A stretch of DNA of 64,000 nucleotides from an uncultured Nitrososphaerota archaeon (GTDB taxonomy: Archaea; Asgardarchaeota; Njordarchaeia; Njordarchaeales; Njordarchaeaceae): NCBI GenBank assembly GCA_964518475.1, contig CAZFGR010000008.1, positions 1 to 64,000 on the forward strand, written 5' to 3'. This document shows, one piece after another, positions 42,517 to 52,989 of this stretch (positions are counted from its first letter, which is position 1; each line of letters starts with the position of its first letter). The notes beneath the pieces were generated by a model that saw only the letters and a list, made by a program, of their open reading frames with translations, had not been told where the DNA came from and did no database searches. A program made the position numbers and the translations under genes.

Positions 42517-44253
42517 TCATAATTCTCTTAGCTCATAATAAGTGTTGAGTGCGTGTTTAAATTCTTCTTTGCTCAGTCTACGTTCTTCTGTTCCGATTTT
42601 GATAGGTTCTTTAAAGAATCTTTCTGGAAGATAGTCTTTGGAAAGACCAGTTTTTTCATTAAAGTTTCTGGCTAAAGAAACTATCTCTTTCAGAGCATTC
42701 CTGAAGTTTTCGTAACTTATGTTAAACCCAGTCACGGTATTATAGAGTTTCCACATGAGTTCTAGGGACATGATATCTCTAGAAAACTTGCACAGTATTA
42801 GACTATCGAAACCCGTCATAAAGTCCTCAAATTCCACGAGTTTGGCGATTTTTCTTCTACTTAGATCATTCGGGGGGCCTGCTAGACCCTTAATATCAAC
42901 GTAATAAGCCATCATTCTTAAGTGGCAGGCACCTCTCTGAGACGTAGCGTAGGCAAGAGCCATTCCTTTTAATGTTCTAGGATCATAGCCAGGGGGCTCG
43001 AGTCCTCTTACGTGCACAGCTATGTTTTCAAGTCCCAGCTTTTTTGCTGCCTTGGCTACACCATTAGCTAGTAAATCTCCGATGCCCCGACGATACGTTA
43101 TATCCTCTATTAACTGGATTGCTTTTTCCACATCTCCATAGCTTATTTCAAGCGAGAGTTTTCCTCTCTTAGAAGCCTCAGCGGCAAAACCAAGGACGTT
43201 ACCTAGGGTTATCGTGTCTAACCCATAAGCATCCGCTAGATAGTTAAGGTATACCAATTCTCCTAAATCATCTATTCCGAACAGACCGCCAAGAGCAAAA
43301 ATGGTTTCATACTCTGGCCCATCCATCTCGATTTTTCCCCACTTAGTCTGTACGCTAACGTACCTACCACAAGCAATAAAACAGTTCCAACAAGCATATG
43401 TGCGTTGCAGAATAGACTTCACAGCCTCGGGACCAATATTCTCCCAACGCTCAAAACGACCTTGTGACCAGTAATATGTAGGAAAGAATCCCATCTCATT
43501 AGCTAATGCAACCATAGCTGAGGTTCCATACTCATGCATGCGTTGGATGCCAGGAGTTTTGTTCCGTGCATCTATTAATCCCTTAATGAGATCCTCAAGT
43601 TCTCCTGGATTCGCTGGCTCGATCCAATTATCTCCACTGACAAAGACCAGTGCTTTAAGATTTTTAGATCCCATGACAGCTCCACCGCCACACCTCCCAG
43701 CCTGTCTCCATTTATCGACACATATGGATGCGAAGTATACCTTGTTCTCTCCCGCTGGACCAATTGTAGCTATGCTTGCTTTTTGCCCGTGTTCTCTTCT
43801 TAGAGCTTCATCAGCTTCATCAACCTTCATGCCCCATAAATCCCTAGCATCCCTAAACTCTATCCCATCCTCCGTGAAGAGAATATACACGGGTTTCTCA
43901 GATCTTCCAACTATTATTACTACGTCATATCCAACCCATTTTGGGTATTTAGGTAGAGAACCCCCGACAAAAGATTCCCCATACCCACCCGTAAGAGGTG
44001 AGCGAAAAACGAAAGCCACCTTGGAAGTCATCGGTACTCTAGTCCCATTCAATGGGCCAGCCGCCATAATAAATGGCTGCTCAGGAGCCAAGAGATCAGC
44101 ATCCACTCTGGCTAATTCAAGAAGATAATAAGCCCCAAAACCTTTCCCACCAATAAAACGTCTAGCCAAGCCTTCTTTAAGCTCCTCGACACGCCATTGC
44201 TTTTTAGAAAGATCAATAAACAATGTTTTCCCAGTATATCCATGCAAGACCAA
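42517..44253 (-). CDS. aor: Aldehyde:ferredoxin oxidoreductase family (second paralogue)
   Basis: FIGGKGFG, IGPAGEN, AGRCGGGAVMGSK, CWNCFIAC, GPEYET, GLDTIT, RGACHL. Confidence 0.95.
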   Translation of the reverse strand: MVLHGYTGKTLFIDLSKKQWRVEELKEGLARRFIGGKGFGAYYLLELARVDADLLAPEQPFIMAAGPLNGTRVPMTSKVAFVFRSPLTGGYGESFVGGSLPKYPKWVGYDVVIIVGRSEKPVYILFTEDGIEFRDARDLWGMKVDEADEALRREHGQKASIATIGPAGENKVYFASICVDKWRQAGRCGGGAVMGSKNLKALVFVSGDNWIEPANPGELEDLIKGLIDARNKTPGIQRMHEYGTSAMVALANEMGFFPTYYWSQGRFERWENIGPEAVKSILQRTYACWNCFIACGRYVSVQTKWGKIEMDGPEYETIFALGGLFGIDDLGELVYLNYLADAYGLDTITLGNVLGFAAEASKRGKLSLEISYGDVEKAIQLIEDITYRRGIGDLLANGVAKAAKKLGLENIAVHVRGLEPPGYDPRTLKGMALAYATSQRGACHLRMMAYYVDIKGLAGPPNDLSRRKIAKLVEFEDFMTGFDSLILCKFSRDIMSLELMWKLYNTVTGFNISYENFRNALKEIVSLARNFNEKTGLSKDYLPERFFKEPIKIGTEERRLSKEEFKHALNTYYELREL

Positions 44254-44489
44254 ACACCTATGAAAAACAATCTAATGAAAGCTCAGAAAAATACCAAACT
44301 TAAGAATTACTAATAAACAAGCTGAGACTGAGAATATGAATTACCCTAATACCTTCGATTTTAATTATTTCTTCCAACTTATTACTTTGTCTACTCATGA
44401 GAGAAACTTAACGAAGTGATAAAACTATATAGGAGAAAACATTCCTGACCTATTTTGGTTCGAGAAGACGTAAAACATAGTTAGGATGG

Positions 44490-45209
44490 TTGTTCACCAT
44501 GAATAGACTTGATTACGTGTTTCTCATCGGTGCTGCAACACCCATAATAATTGGAATCCTTTTAGCAATTTTCACAGATTTTGTAGCTCCCACTAGTGGC
44601 GTTGCTGTAGCTTTTCTCGACTTGATAATAAATGTTATAGGTTTCCTCGGGTACATTGGCATCTTCGTACTAGCGTTTCTCGATATCGTAGTTCCTGGAT
44701 TTTTAGGGGAACTTTTTTTGCCTTTTGTGGGATTCCTAGTAGCTAACAAGCAGTTAAATTACATACTATGCGTCTTGATGGCCTCCCTAGGCAATGTCCT
44801 AGGAATGTTCGTTATATACCTTCTAAGCCTCCATTACGGTCGGCTATTCATCATAAAGTACGGAAAATACTTATTAATGGATAGGCGACATATAGAGCTG
44901 ACCGAAGAACTATTCAACAAATATGGTGAGATTGCTGTAATGTTCGGGAGAATACTACCCGTCTATAGAGAGCTCGTATCTGTTCCAGCGGGTCTTGCCA
45001 GAATGAGAGTATCGAAATTCTTCATATTCACATTCATCGGTTGTTTTGTCTGGGACGCAATACTTATCTACACGGGATCTCTACTAGGAGAGCACTACGT
45101 AATCATCAAGTACTGGCTAGATAAACTTGATATTTTCATATGGATATCAGCGATAATAACTATTATATGGTTCATAATCAAGGGAAGAATAGAGCAGCAA
45201 AAGGGCTAA
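44490..45209 (+). CDS. DedA family membrane protein
   Basis: GELFLPFVG, FNKYG, GRILPVYRELVSVPAGLARM. Confidence 0.9.
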   Translation: MFTMNRLDYVFLIGAATPIIIGILLAIFTDFVAPTSGVAVAFLDLIINVIGFLGYIGIFVLAFLDIVVPGFLGELFLPFVGFLVANKQLNYILCVLMASLGNVLGMFVIYLLSLHYGRLFIIKYGKYLLMDRRHIELTEELFNKYGEIAVMFGRILPVYRELVSVPAGLARMRVSKFFIFTFIGCFVWDAILIYTGSLLGEHYVIIKYWLDKLDIFIWISAIITIIWFIIKGRIEQQKG

Positions 45210-45294
45210 ACCAGAAAAAACGCTCACCATATTCTAAATAAAAAACGTGAAAACAAGTTTGTAAAAAAAGGGAAGGAACTTAGCATAAGTTCCC

Positions 45295-45651
45295 TTAGGA
45301 CCTTTTCGCTATTCTCAGTCCTATGTATCCAAATATTATTCCAGTGATTATTGCTATTATAGTTATTATTAAGATGAATATATCTAGGAACGAGTATGCT
45401 ACAAGTATTATTAGAGCGAATAATTGAAGATTTCCTTGCAGGTAATTCAAGAGTAACGGAATTATATAGGGAGATAAGTAAATCCAAGGAGCTGTTAGGA
45501 ACCCTATTGCCCCGCCACCCTTCTTAGACGCTGCTAGTAAAGAACCGATAATTATTCCTAGAAACATTCCAGCTAACTCGTGAACCATCGCTACGGGTAT
45601 ACCTACGACATAGCTAATTAACCAACCAGCCAGAAAACTTTTCTTAGTCAT
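45295..45651 (-). CDS. Small membrane protein
   Basis: Gly-rich hydrophobic helices; 2 nt downstream of 45654-46649. Confidence 0.7.
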   Translation of the reverse strand: MTKKSFLAGWLISYVVGIPVAMVHELAGMFLGIIIGSLLAASKKGGGAIGFLTAPWIYLSPYIIPLLLNYLQGNLQLFALIILVAYSFLDIFILIITIIAIITGIIFGYIGLRIAKRS

Positions 45652-45653
45652 TT

Positions 45654-46649
45654 CTAATACCTCCTCCTCACAACATATACCAATACTACAGCCATTATTA
45701 CCCCAACGATCACGAACGTAGTGTAAGCTGGCAATCCAATTATCTTATCAATAAGTGTTCTCCCGCCAACCATTACGGTTCCGGATTTCTCCAGTGTCAA
45801 TCCACCACTTATATCCGTGGACACCTCTAAGTCGCTATTTCCTGTACTACTTCCTAGCACGTATGGAACCACCTTCAGTAACCACCCAGATCTCTTCTCA
45901 TAGTAAAAGTCCACTCCAAAATCAAGACTAGGTGGCAAATCTATAGGTACGCCATTGATTAATTCTATAACTTCTAGTATGTCTTGTGCCGTGATTTTAA
46001 CTACCCACGCAGAGAAAGTACCTTCTGGAACACTAACACTATCTTCTCCTGCGATTGTCCCATTAATTATTAGTCCCTTCTTAGCTGTTTCATTATATAC
46101 TCCATATGGTATTTTATCGCCAACTCCAGAATTTATTGGGATATAGAAAGGATTATAGATATAGAAGCCTGGAACTGGTTTATTGTACGGTAATCTTCTT
46201 ATTATTTCAGAAAAACTAGTGTTTTGCAATCCACCTCCCAAAACATCGAGAATTATCTGTGTAAGATATATTTTCCTAGTACCTACTTTCACAGCTAGAA
46301 TAGGAGGGACAGGCACTTGCAGTTCTGCTTGAGAAGTTATAGTGTTGTTCTCCTTCACAACGTATGAAATACTCACATTCGCGCCCCATGCATAGTGATT
46401 AAGATCCAATCGCTTACTAACAAGCATTATAGAGCCATTAATTGATATTCTGAGATCGTACACATATTCTCGCGCTGATGTATTATACGCACTTATGTGC
46501 CCAGATATTTTGATATCGTATATCACGTTATTAGGCGAGAAAACAGTCATTTCATAAGCTGGTGCTGCTACTGTTACAGTTATAGGACTAATAAATAAGA
46601 TCACTAAAAGTGTTACATACAAAACTATACTTCGCATTTTTCTCAACAC
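45654..46649 (-). CDS. Secreted protein with C-terminal TM anchor
   Basis: Signal peptide; VSVPEGTFSAW motif; TM plus RRRY. Confidence 0.75.
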   Translation of the reverse strand: MLRKMRSIVLYVTLLVILFISPITVTVAAPAYEMTVFSPNNVIYDIKISGHISAYNTSAREYVYDLRISINGSIMLVSKRLDLNHYAWGANVSISYVVKENNTITSQAELQVPVPPILAVKVGTRKIYLTQIILDVLGGGLQNTSFSEIIRRLPYNKPVPGFYIYNPFYIPINSGVGDKIPYGVYNETAKKGLIINGTIAGEDSVSVPEGTFSAWVVKITAQDILEVIELINGVPIDLPPSLDFGVDFYYEKRSGWLLKVVPYVLGSSTGNSDLEVSTDISGGLTLEKSGTVMVGGRTLIDKIIGLPAYTTFVIVGVIMAVVLVYVVRRRY

Positions 46650-46791
46650 ATTTTATTAAAAGCAATAAAATAAAAGGAGTTTAGAGTATATAAAGACATC
46701 TGTGCTAGTGTTGAAAGTATGAGTACAAAAGCAAAACCTTTTATTTTGTATTAACTTATATATGGTGACTAATTATAAATAGCTATTAAAA

Positions 46792-47799
46792 GTGCTCGGA
46801 ATGCGCGTGCATCGTCGTGTTATTCTTGCTGTATTAATGATTGGTCTCTTCTTTATCGTCGCAGCATATTCTTTCACTAATTGGTTTTTGTCAAGCAAGT
46901 TGGTTGAGGAGAAAACATATCTCTTCAGTGGAGACTTCTCCTTTTATGTTTGTAAAGCATACATCCATGATCCACCAGGGGACCACAGTTTCCAGAATTT
47001 CACGATAATCCTTAACAATTCCGAGTACATAGTTAGGGCCTACCTAAATATTTCAGCTAGTGATGGAGCAAAAGTCGTAGCTACCTACACACCACCAGAG
47101 GACTCCGAGGAATGGTACTTTACTTCTGTATTGGGAAAAGACAATTATTTCTACATATCGGAAACTGTGGAAAAACCCAGTGAAACGATTCAAATGAGAA
47201 CTAGATCTAGCATAGTGACTAATTATACCAAGTATATGGGACCCACAAGGATAGTAAATAATACTATCTACTCAGGTGCAACTTTTTGGGGATTCAGGAT
47301 TAGACTAAAGTACAAGCTATATCATGTAAAAATAATCAATAGATTCAGAGAAAAAGTCGATGAGTACTTACTCTTCGAGTTTTCTCCATACCTTGTAAGC
47401 GAAGTACTGACGTCTTTCGATAGAACAGTTTCTACGTTATCAGATAAGAAAGTCTATGAAGTGTTCGACTCAGCCTACAAAGGTCTATTCGAGAAACTTA
47501 TTGATGAATACCAATTTAATGGTACACCCGTATATTCTCCTGTATATTCTTACGAGAATTTCCAGGGAGCACCAATATCCTTCAAGGTCGGAAAGATCAT
47601 TACGCGGGATCGCACCCTATCGATAGTTCTTACCCAGATCGTTGAAACAAGAGGTTTAGCAGCCAAAGCTTCCTTCGTTCTCAACGATGACGAAAGAGAT
47701 GATTACCATGACGTAGAGGTTTACCAAGACCCATTCTTCCCATGCTTAGTATTCAAGGTAGTGAATGCAAAATCAACAAACCCTGACGAGATGTACTAA
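46792..47799 (+). CDS. Membrane-anchored hypothetical protein
   Basis: N-terminal TM; aromatic, beta-rich extracellular part. Confidence 0.7.
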   Translation: MLGMRVHRRVILAVLMIGLFFIVAAYSFTNWFLSSKLVEEKTYLFSGDFSFYVCKAYIHDPPGDHSFQNFTIILNNSEYIVRAYLNISASDGAKVVATYTPPEDSEEWYFTSVLGKDNYFYISETVEKPSETIQMRTRSSIVTNYTKYMGPTRIVNNTIYSGATFWGFRIRLKYKLYHVKIINRFREKVDEYLLFEFSPYLVSEVLTSFDRTVSTLSDKKVYEVFDSAYKGLFEKLIDEYQFNGTPVYSPVYSYENFQGAPISFKVGKIITRDRTLSIVLTQIVETRGLAAKASFVLNDDERDDYHDVEVYQDPFFPCLVFKVVNAKSTNPDEMY

Positions 47800-47954
47800 A
47801 ATCACCAATATTTTTACTTGTGGTAAAAAATTTTCTCATCACTATTTTTTCGAAGTTAGGTAATTACTCTAATTATTAAAATGGGAAAATATCCAAACTT
47901 TTTATTCATTTACAGTTTTTCTACATCATGATTCATCGTTTCGGGTGATTACGT

Positions 47955-49178
47955 TTGTTCGCAATAAAAGCTACTACTCTATTTGATGGAGTAACTAAGC
48001 GCGAAAACGTCTATATAGTTATTGAGGGAAACAAGATTGTTAAGATTGCGGAGAAAAAACCAGATACTGAAATACTGTTCGAGGGGGTAGTAACTCCTGC
48101 TTTTATCGATGGTCACAGCCACATTGGAATGGCGAGGCATGGAGAACCATCCGACGAAGAAGAAACTAATGAACCCGCGGACATCTTCTTACCCACACTG
48201 AATCCTCTAGATAGTATCTATTTCGATGACAAATATTTCCAAGACGCTATAGAGTTTGGTGTTTTATACTCTTGCGTAACTCCTGGAAGCGGTAACTTGT
48301 TAGGAGGTAGAGCATTAATAATAAGAAATTTTGCAAAGGCTAGGGACGAGGCTCTTGTTAGGGATCATGGATACAAAATGGCTCTCGGTTTCAATCCGAG
48401 AAGCACTTGGGAATGGAAAGGAAAGAGATACAAGACTCGAATGGGAGTCTATGATCTCCTCAGAACAGAATTAACGAACGTTCTAAGGAAGAAGAGGAAG
48501 CTTGAGATTGAGAAGAAGGAAGAGCTTAGAGAAGCCAAGAAAAAACTTGATAAAGGAGAGATTACCAAGGAAGAGTATGAGGAAATCGTGAGAGATGCGG
48601 AAGAAAAAATGAAGCTCGAATTCGAACCGTATGAGAAAGCCTTGTTAGAAATTCTTGAGAGAAAGAAAGTTTTAAAGACACATGTTCATAAGGAAGACGA
48701 CGTGCTATTCCTGATAGAGCTTGTCAAAGAATTCAACCTACGAAGCACAGCCGATCACCTAGGAGATGTGCACAGAGTAGAGATCTTCAGAAAATTAAAG
48801 GATGCCGGAATTCCAATAGTGTATGGTCCAATAGACTCCTTCGCATACAAGACAGAGTTAAAGCACGATACCTACAAAAATGTGAAGGCCCTGATAGAGT
48901 CTGGTGCCAAGTATACACTTATGACCGACCACCCAGTAGTGCTTGCAAGAAATCTACATCTCCAGTTGAGATACTTCTTAATGTATGGAGTAAGCGAGGA
49001 AAAAGCAATATCAATAATAACTAAGGAAGCCGCAGAGATCCTCGGCATATCAGATATCTTAGGAACTATCGAGCCAGGAAAATTAGCAAGCCTAGTAGTA
49101 TGGAATACAAACCCATTCTACCTAGGCGCCCACCCCATCGCGGTAATTGCGGAAGGAGAAGTAATATACAAAGTATAA
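47955..49178 (+). CDS. Amidohydrolase family protein
   Basis: TPAFIDGHSH, KMALGFNP, THVH, DH, TDHP, GTIEPGKLA. Confidence 0.92.
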   Translation: MFAIKATTLFDGVTKRENVYIVIEGNKIVKIAEKKPDTEILFEGVVTPAFIDGHSHIGMARHGEPSDEEETNEPADIFLPTLNPLDSIYFDDKYFQDAIEFGVLYSCVTPGSGNLLGGRALIIRNFAKARDEALVRDHGYKMALGFNPRSTWEWKGKRYKTRMGVYDLLRTELTNVLRKKRKLEIEKKEELREAKKKLDKGEITKEEYEEIVRDAEEKMKLEFEPYEKALLEILERKKVLKTHVHKEDDVLFLIELVKEFNLRSTADHLGDVHRVEIFRKLKDAGIPIVYGPIDSFAYKTELKHDTYKNVKALIESGAKYTLMTDHPVVLARNLHLQLRYFLMYGVSEEKAISIITKEAAEILGISDILGTIEPGKLASLVVWNTNPFYLGAHPIAVIAEGEVIYKV

Positions 49179-49199
49179 TTTCCTCTTTAATTTCTTATT

Positions 49200-50168
49200 T
49201 TAGACCCCTAGTCCGTGCTTCCATAGAGTTAATGGTGCTGCCTCGTTTGGGAATGAATCCAATTGCTTACCCTTCCCCAACATATTTAATAAATTTCCAA
49301 TAGGCTTAGCCGCGGTGATAATTGTTATCATAATCGCTACTAGACCTGCCCATTGCCCCCATTTCTTCTTAGCGAATTCCTCTACCTTCTTAATACTCCA
49401 CTTTTCCTCTCCAGCATATACCCGAGGAATAAGTGTTGCGAACCATCTATCAACCGGGAATTCTCTGTAATCCCTTTTTCCAAGAACCTTGGCTAGTCTA
49501 GCCGAGTACTGGCCTATCCCCTTAATTTCTAGGAGATCAGGCTCTTCTTCTCTGATAAACGCTTTTGCCGCATTTAGAAACGTCTTCTCCCTATAACCAA
49601 CGCCACATCTTCTTAAAGACTTCGACCTTTCAATTATTGTTCTTGGTGTAGGATACGTGTAAAATACTGCATCGCATTTGGGAATCCTTACTTCTTCTCC
49701 GAGATTTTTCCTTATCAGAGATAACATTCTCCAGCCTTGCTTGAAGCTAGCGTTTTGTTGAGATATACTTATCAAAACACCTTGCCATAGATTCTGAACC
49801 CCCCTCATGTGTATACCATACAGATTCTTGCTCAGAGGATCTAGGAGAGGATCACCTCTACATAATTCATAAAACTCGGTTAAATCCTCCTTAAGCCCCA
49901 TAATAAATTCCGTATCACGGATAGCACTCTCTATTAGAGTGGAATCATGAGAAACCGAATAAACATCCGCCTTAATCAGACTATTGCTGAGACTCAGTTT
50001 TACAACGACGGGATAATCATCGTAACTCAATACAATATATGCGTGCTCACCATCATACTCATAAGGCATCGCATAACAAGCCGCGGTCAAATGGAAATTA
50101 TACGGTCCAAACCATTTCAGTTTGGTACTATACACAAAATCCAGCAACATAAAGACCCTCTCGTTCAC
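49200..50168 (-). CDS. AlkA/OGG1-like HhH-GPD DNA glycosylase
   Basis: ISQQNAS, YPTP, GVGYR, IKGIGQYSA, FPVDRW. Confidence 0.85.
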   Translation of the reverse strand: MNERVFMLLDFVYSTKLKWFGPYNFHLTAACYAMPYEYDGEHAYIVLSYDDYPVVVKLSLSNSLIKADVYSVSHDSTLIESAIRDTEFIMGLKEDLTEFYELCRGDPLLDPLSKNLYGIHMRGVQNLWQGVLISISQQNASFKQGWRMLSLIRKNLGEEVRIPKCDAVFYTYPTPRTIIERSKSLRRCGVGYREKTFLNAAKAFIREEEPDLLEIKGIGQYSARLAKVLGKRDYREFPVDRWFATLIPRVYAGEEKWSIKKVEEFAKKKWGQWAGLVAIMITIITAAKPIGNLLNMLGKGKQLDSFPNEAAPLTLWKHGLGV

Positions 50169-50410
50169 GAATTAATTAGGTCTAATAAAAAAAGATTCAA
50201 AAGAGAAATGTTCTAAGTAATCATGTATAGATAGATAATTAATCTTGATGCATAGTGAATAACTAGGGGCAAAAGAATACTTCTCTTCATATTCACTTTA
50301 TAAACAACGCTTATCCCAGAACTAAATATTATCAAGGAGAGAGTTTGGAAAAAGGATAAGAATAATTAAACCTTTTAAAAAAGGAGAAATGAGAGCAGAG
50401 CATCTTGCCT

Positions 50411-51835
50411 CTAGAATCCTGGTGTTATCAGGTCGCCTCCGCCTCCTGTACCTCCACCGCCCCCTCCATATCCCAGCTCGTCAATGAAGATGCTCGTCAA
50501 AGGCACGTAGAAACTCTTCCCATACCTATCAAAGTACCATCGCGTACCAGTGGAGTAGACATAGACATTAATCGTCGTACCCTCCGCCCCATCAAGACAG
50601 ACCCAGAAACCATAGAACTCGACACCAACCGTCAGATAAGTAAGAATAAATGACGGGTCGAAGGGAACCACGTAGCCGAGGAATTTCAAGATGAGATTGA
50701 TAGGCACGCCTACGGATACCTCATTAACGGAGACGCCGAAGATATGGCTACCAACGTCCTTAGCAGTAAAATCATTGGGTGAATCCCATACATCACCGGT
50801 ATCGTTGTGTTCTCCTGTCCCTATGTATGTCTTGTACAATGTCTTGTCGAATCCCTCTGGCTCGACAAAATAATTGAACCTCCACGATATCTCGTTTGTC
50901 TCGAAATCCTTCACATAGACCTTCTCAACATCGTACAGATGCCTCCCAGTCCAATAGTCGAAATAACTCCATTTCTCATAGGCAATAGTAACATTAACAT
51001 AAAACGTCAAAGCATACCTAATAGAGGGATCGTAAATACCAAGAGTCTCGCAAAAATCATTCGTCCAAATAACCTTAGAATCAACGTCACTGAATTTCCT
51101 CTGGACAGTCAATCCACCTATATGATACTCGGTCTCCACACCTGTCGTGACACTATACGCCAACTCCCAACCAGACGATGAACCAACAATAAAATATACC
51201 GATGGGTCGACGACTAGGGTGTCTTCATCAATCGTAGTGTCCTTCTCCAGCGAGTTATCGTCAAGCAGAATGGATAAGAGGGGAAACATTACGTTGGTCC
51301 ATTCCTCATAATCCGTCAAGACCGGAACCGGGGCCTCCAAGAACGAGTTAGTACTGATCTCAGCGGATGCCCTTAAGTACTCGCTGGGCGTACTCCTATC
51401 GTGAACCCATGTTGGTTTGAGTACGACTCTCCTATACACGTATTCCCTAGACAGGGGATCCACCAAGATGGTGTTTCCTAGACTCGCTACAATCTTGGTC
51501 TCGTTCACCCAGACAGCATCAATCATGATTGCGATTCTAAAACCACGAGCCAATCCACGCCTAGAAACATACTCCCTCCAAGACTTAAACAGCTTGGCCT
51601 TATCAATCCTCACCCTCAAAGTGCCGGTATCCGTCGTCTCATTAACCACTATAATCGGCCTCGCCTCCCCAGGAGGTTGAGGAATAGTTACTAGAATCCT
51701 AGCCCCACTCAAGACTTTACCATCCTCACCAGTAACGACTATAACAATGTCGGCTCTGTCATACAGAGTAGTGAGGGAGAGAGAGGGTATGATCATCGCC
51801 ACGATGATCATCGTGGCGATGATCATATTTTTCAT
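50411..51835 (-). CDS. Secreted hypothetical protein with Gly-rich C-terminus
   Basis: Signal peptide; long ORF; visibly more GC-rich than its flanks. Confidence 0.7.
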   Translation of the reverse strand: MKNMIIATMIIVAMIIPSLSLTTLYDRADIVIVVTGEDGKVLSGARILVTIPQPPGEARPIIVVNETTDTGTLRVRIDKAKLFKSWREYVSRRGLARGFRIAIMIDAVWVNETKIVASLGNTILVDPLSREYVYRRVVLKPTWVHDRSTPSEYLRASAEISTNSFLEAPVPVLTDYEEWTNVMFPLLSILLDDNSLEKDTTIDEDTLVVDPSVYFIVGSSSGWELAYSVTTGVETEYHIGGLTVQRKFSDVDSKVIWTNDFCETLGIYDPSIRYALTFYVNVTIAYEKWSYFDYWTGRHLYDVEKVYVKDFETNEISWRFNYFVEPEGFDKTLYKTYIGTGEHNDTGDVWDSPNDFTAKDVGSHIFGVSVNEVSVGVPINLILKFLGYVVPFDPSFILTYLTVGVEFYGFWVCLDGAEGTTINVYVYSTGTRWYFDRYGKSFYVPLTSIFIDELGYGGGGGGTGGGGDLITPGF

Positions 51836-51972
51836 GAAAAGGCACCTTTTTAAAAAAAAGCGAGATTTTTTCTTGAAATATCCTTGTTATTGATAACAGA
51901 AAAATGATAATAAAAAGGTTTTTTTAACAATTATTTGTTAACTCCCTTATGTATGTGTTTGGAGGTATGTTT

Positions 51973-52965
51973 ATGCGAAAGATATATGTTGGAATAGATG
52001 TTGGGGCTACATGGACGAGGCTTGGATTAGCGGATTCTGGTAAGATTCTCCAGACGGCAAAAATAAGAACGCCTAGAAGAGGGGGAGAGTTAGTTAACGT
52101 ATTGATTGAAAGCACTTACAAGTTATTATCGAGGCTAGATAAGAAGGGAGTAAGGCTGGAAAGTATAGGTATAGGCTCTATCGGGCCTCTTGATCTCAGA
52201 AGAGGTGCTTTAAAGAATCCACCTAATTTACCAGTAGGAGAGGTGGAGATTGCAAAACCACTTAGAGATGAGTTTGGTGTTCCAGTATATCTCCTTAATG
52301 ATTGCTCTGCGGCGGTGATTGGGGAGAAATTCTTTGGCCGTGGTAAGAATATTTCTAATCTCGTCTACATAACCATAAGCACTGGGATTGGTGGAGGGGC
52401 TATAGTAGATGATCACTTACTTCTTGGTAAAGATGGTAATGCTGTTGAGGTAGGGCATATAGTCGTTGATTTTGAGGGTAGATTACGGTGTGGTTGTGGT
52501 GGTTATGGTCATTGGGAGGCTTACGCTTCTGGCAATAATATACCTAGGTTCGCTAAATGGCTTATCGAGAACAAGTATACCGATCTTTTAGAACAAAGCA
52601 TGCTCCGCAACCTCATTAAGAATAATCTCGAAGAATTGGACGCCAAAACAATATATAGTGCTGCTAGGAAAGGTGATGAATTAGCATTGAAGATCGTAGA
52701 TGAGATAAACAGGATAAACGCTGCTGGTATAGCAAGTGTGGTAAATATTTATGATCCAGAACTCATTACTCTCGGAGGAGGTGTCTTGCTCAACAATAAA
52801 GACTTAATACTCCCACGCGTCATGGAACTCTTACCTACTTATGCCACTAACAGAATTCCTCGAATAGAAATAACATCTCTTGGGGATGAAATTGTTCTGT
52901 ATGGAGCAATAGCTCTTGCAATGAATCCAGACGTCATTCCAGAAGAATTTAGAAAATGGGAATAG
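51973..52965 (+). CDS. ROK-family sugar kinase (glucokinase-like)
   Basis: GIDVGAT, NDCSAA, STGIGGG, EVGH, CGCGGYGHWEAYASG. Confidence 0.93.
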   Translation: MRKIYVGIDVGATWTRLGLADSGKILQTAKIRTPRRGGELVNVLIESTYKLLSRLDKKGVRLESIGIGSIGPLDLRRGALKNPPNLPVGEVEIAKPLRDEFGVPVYLLNDCSAAVIGEKFFGRGKNISNLVYITISTGIGGGAIVDDHLLLGKDGNAVEVGHIVVDFEGRLRCGCGGYGHWEAYASGNNIPRFAKWLIENKYTDLLEQSMLRNLIKNNLEELDAKTIYSAARKGDELALKIVDEINRINAAGIASVVNIYDPELITLGGGVLLNNKDLILPRVMELLPTYATNRIPRIEITSLGDEIVLYGAIALAMNPDVIPEEFRKWE

Positions 52966-52989
52966 AGATAAAAAAAAATAATGAAATTC

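Noticed and set aside
43538-44128. 196-aa antisense ORF and the many other short ORFs opposite long genes
   Set aside because: Shadow frames of well-supported genes with no motifs of their own
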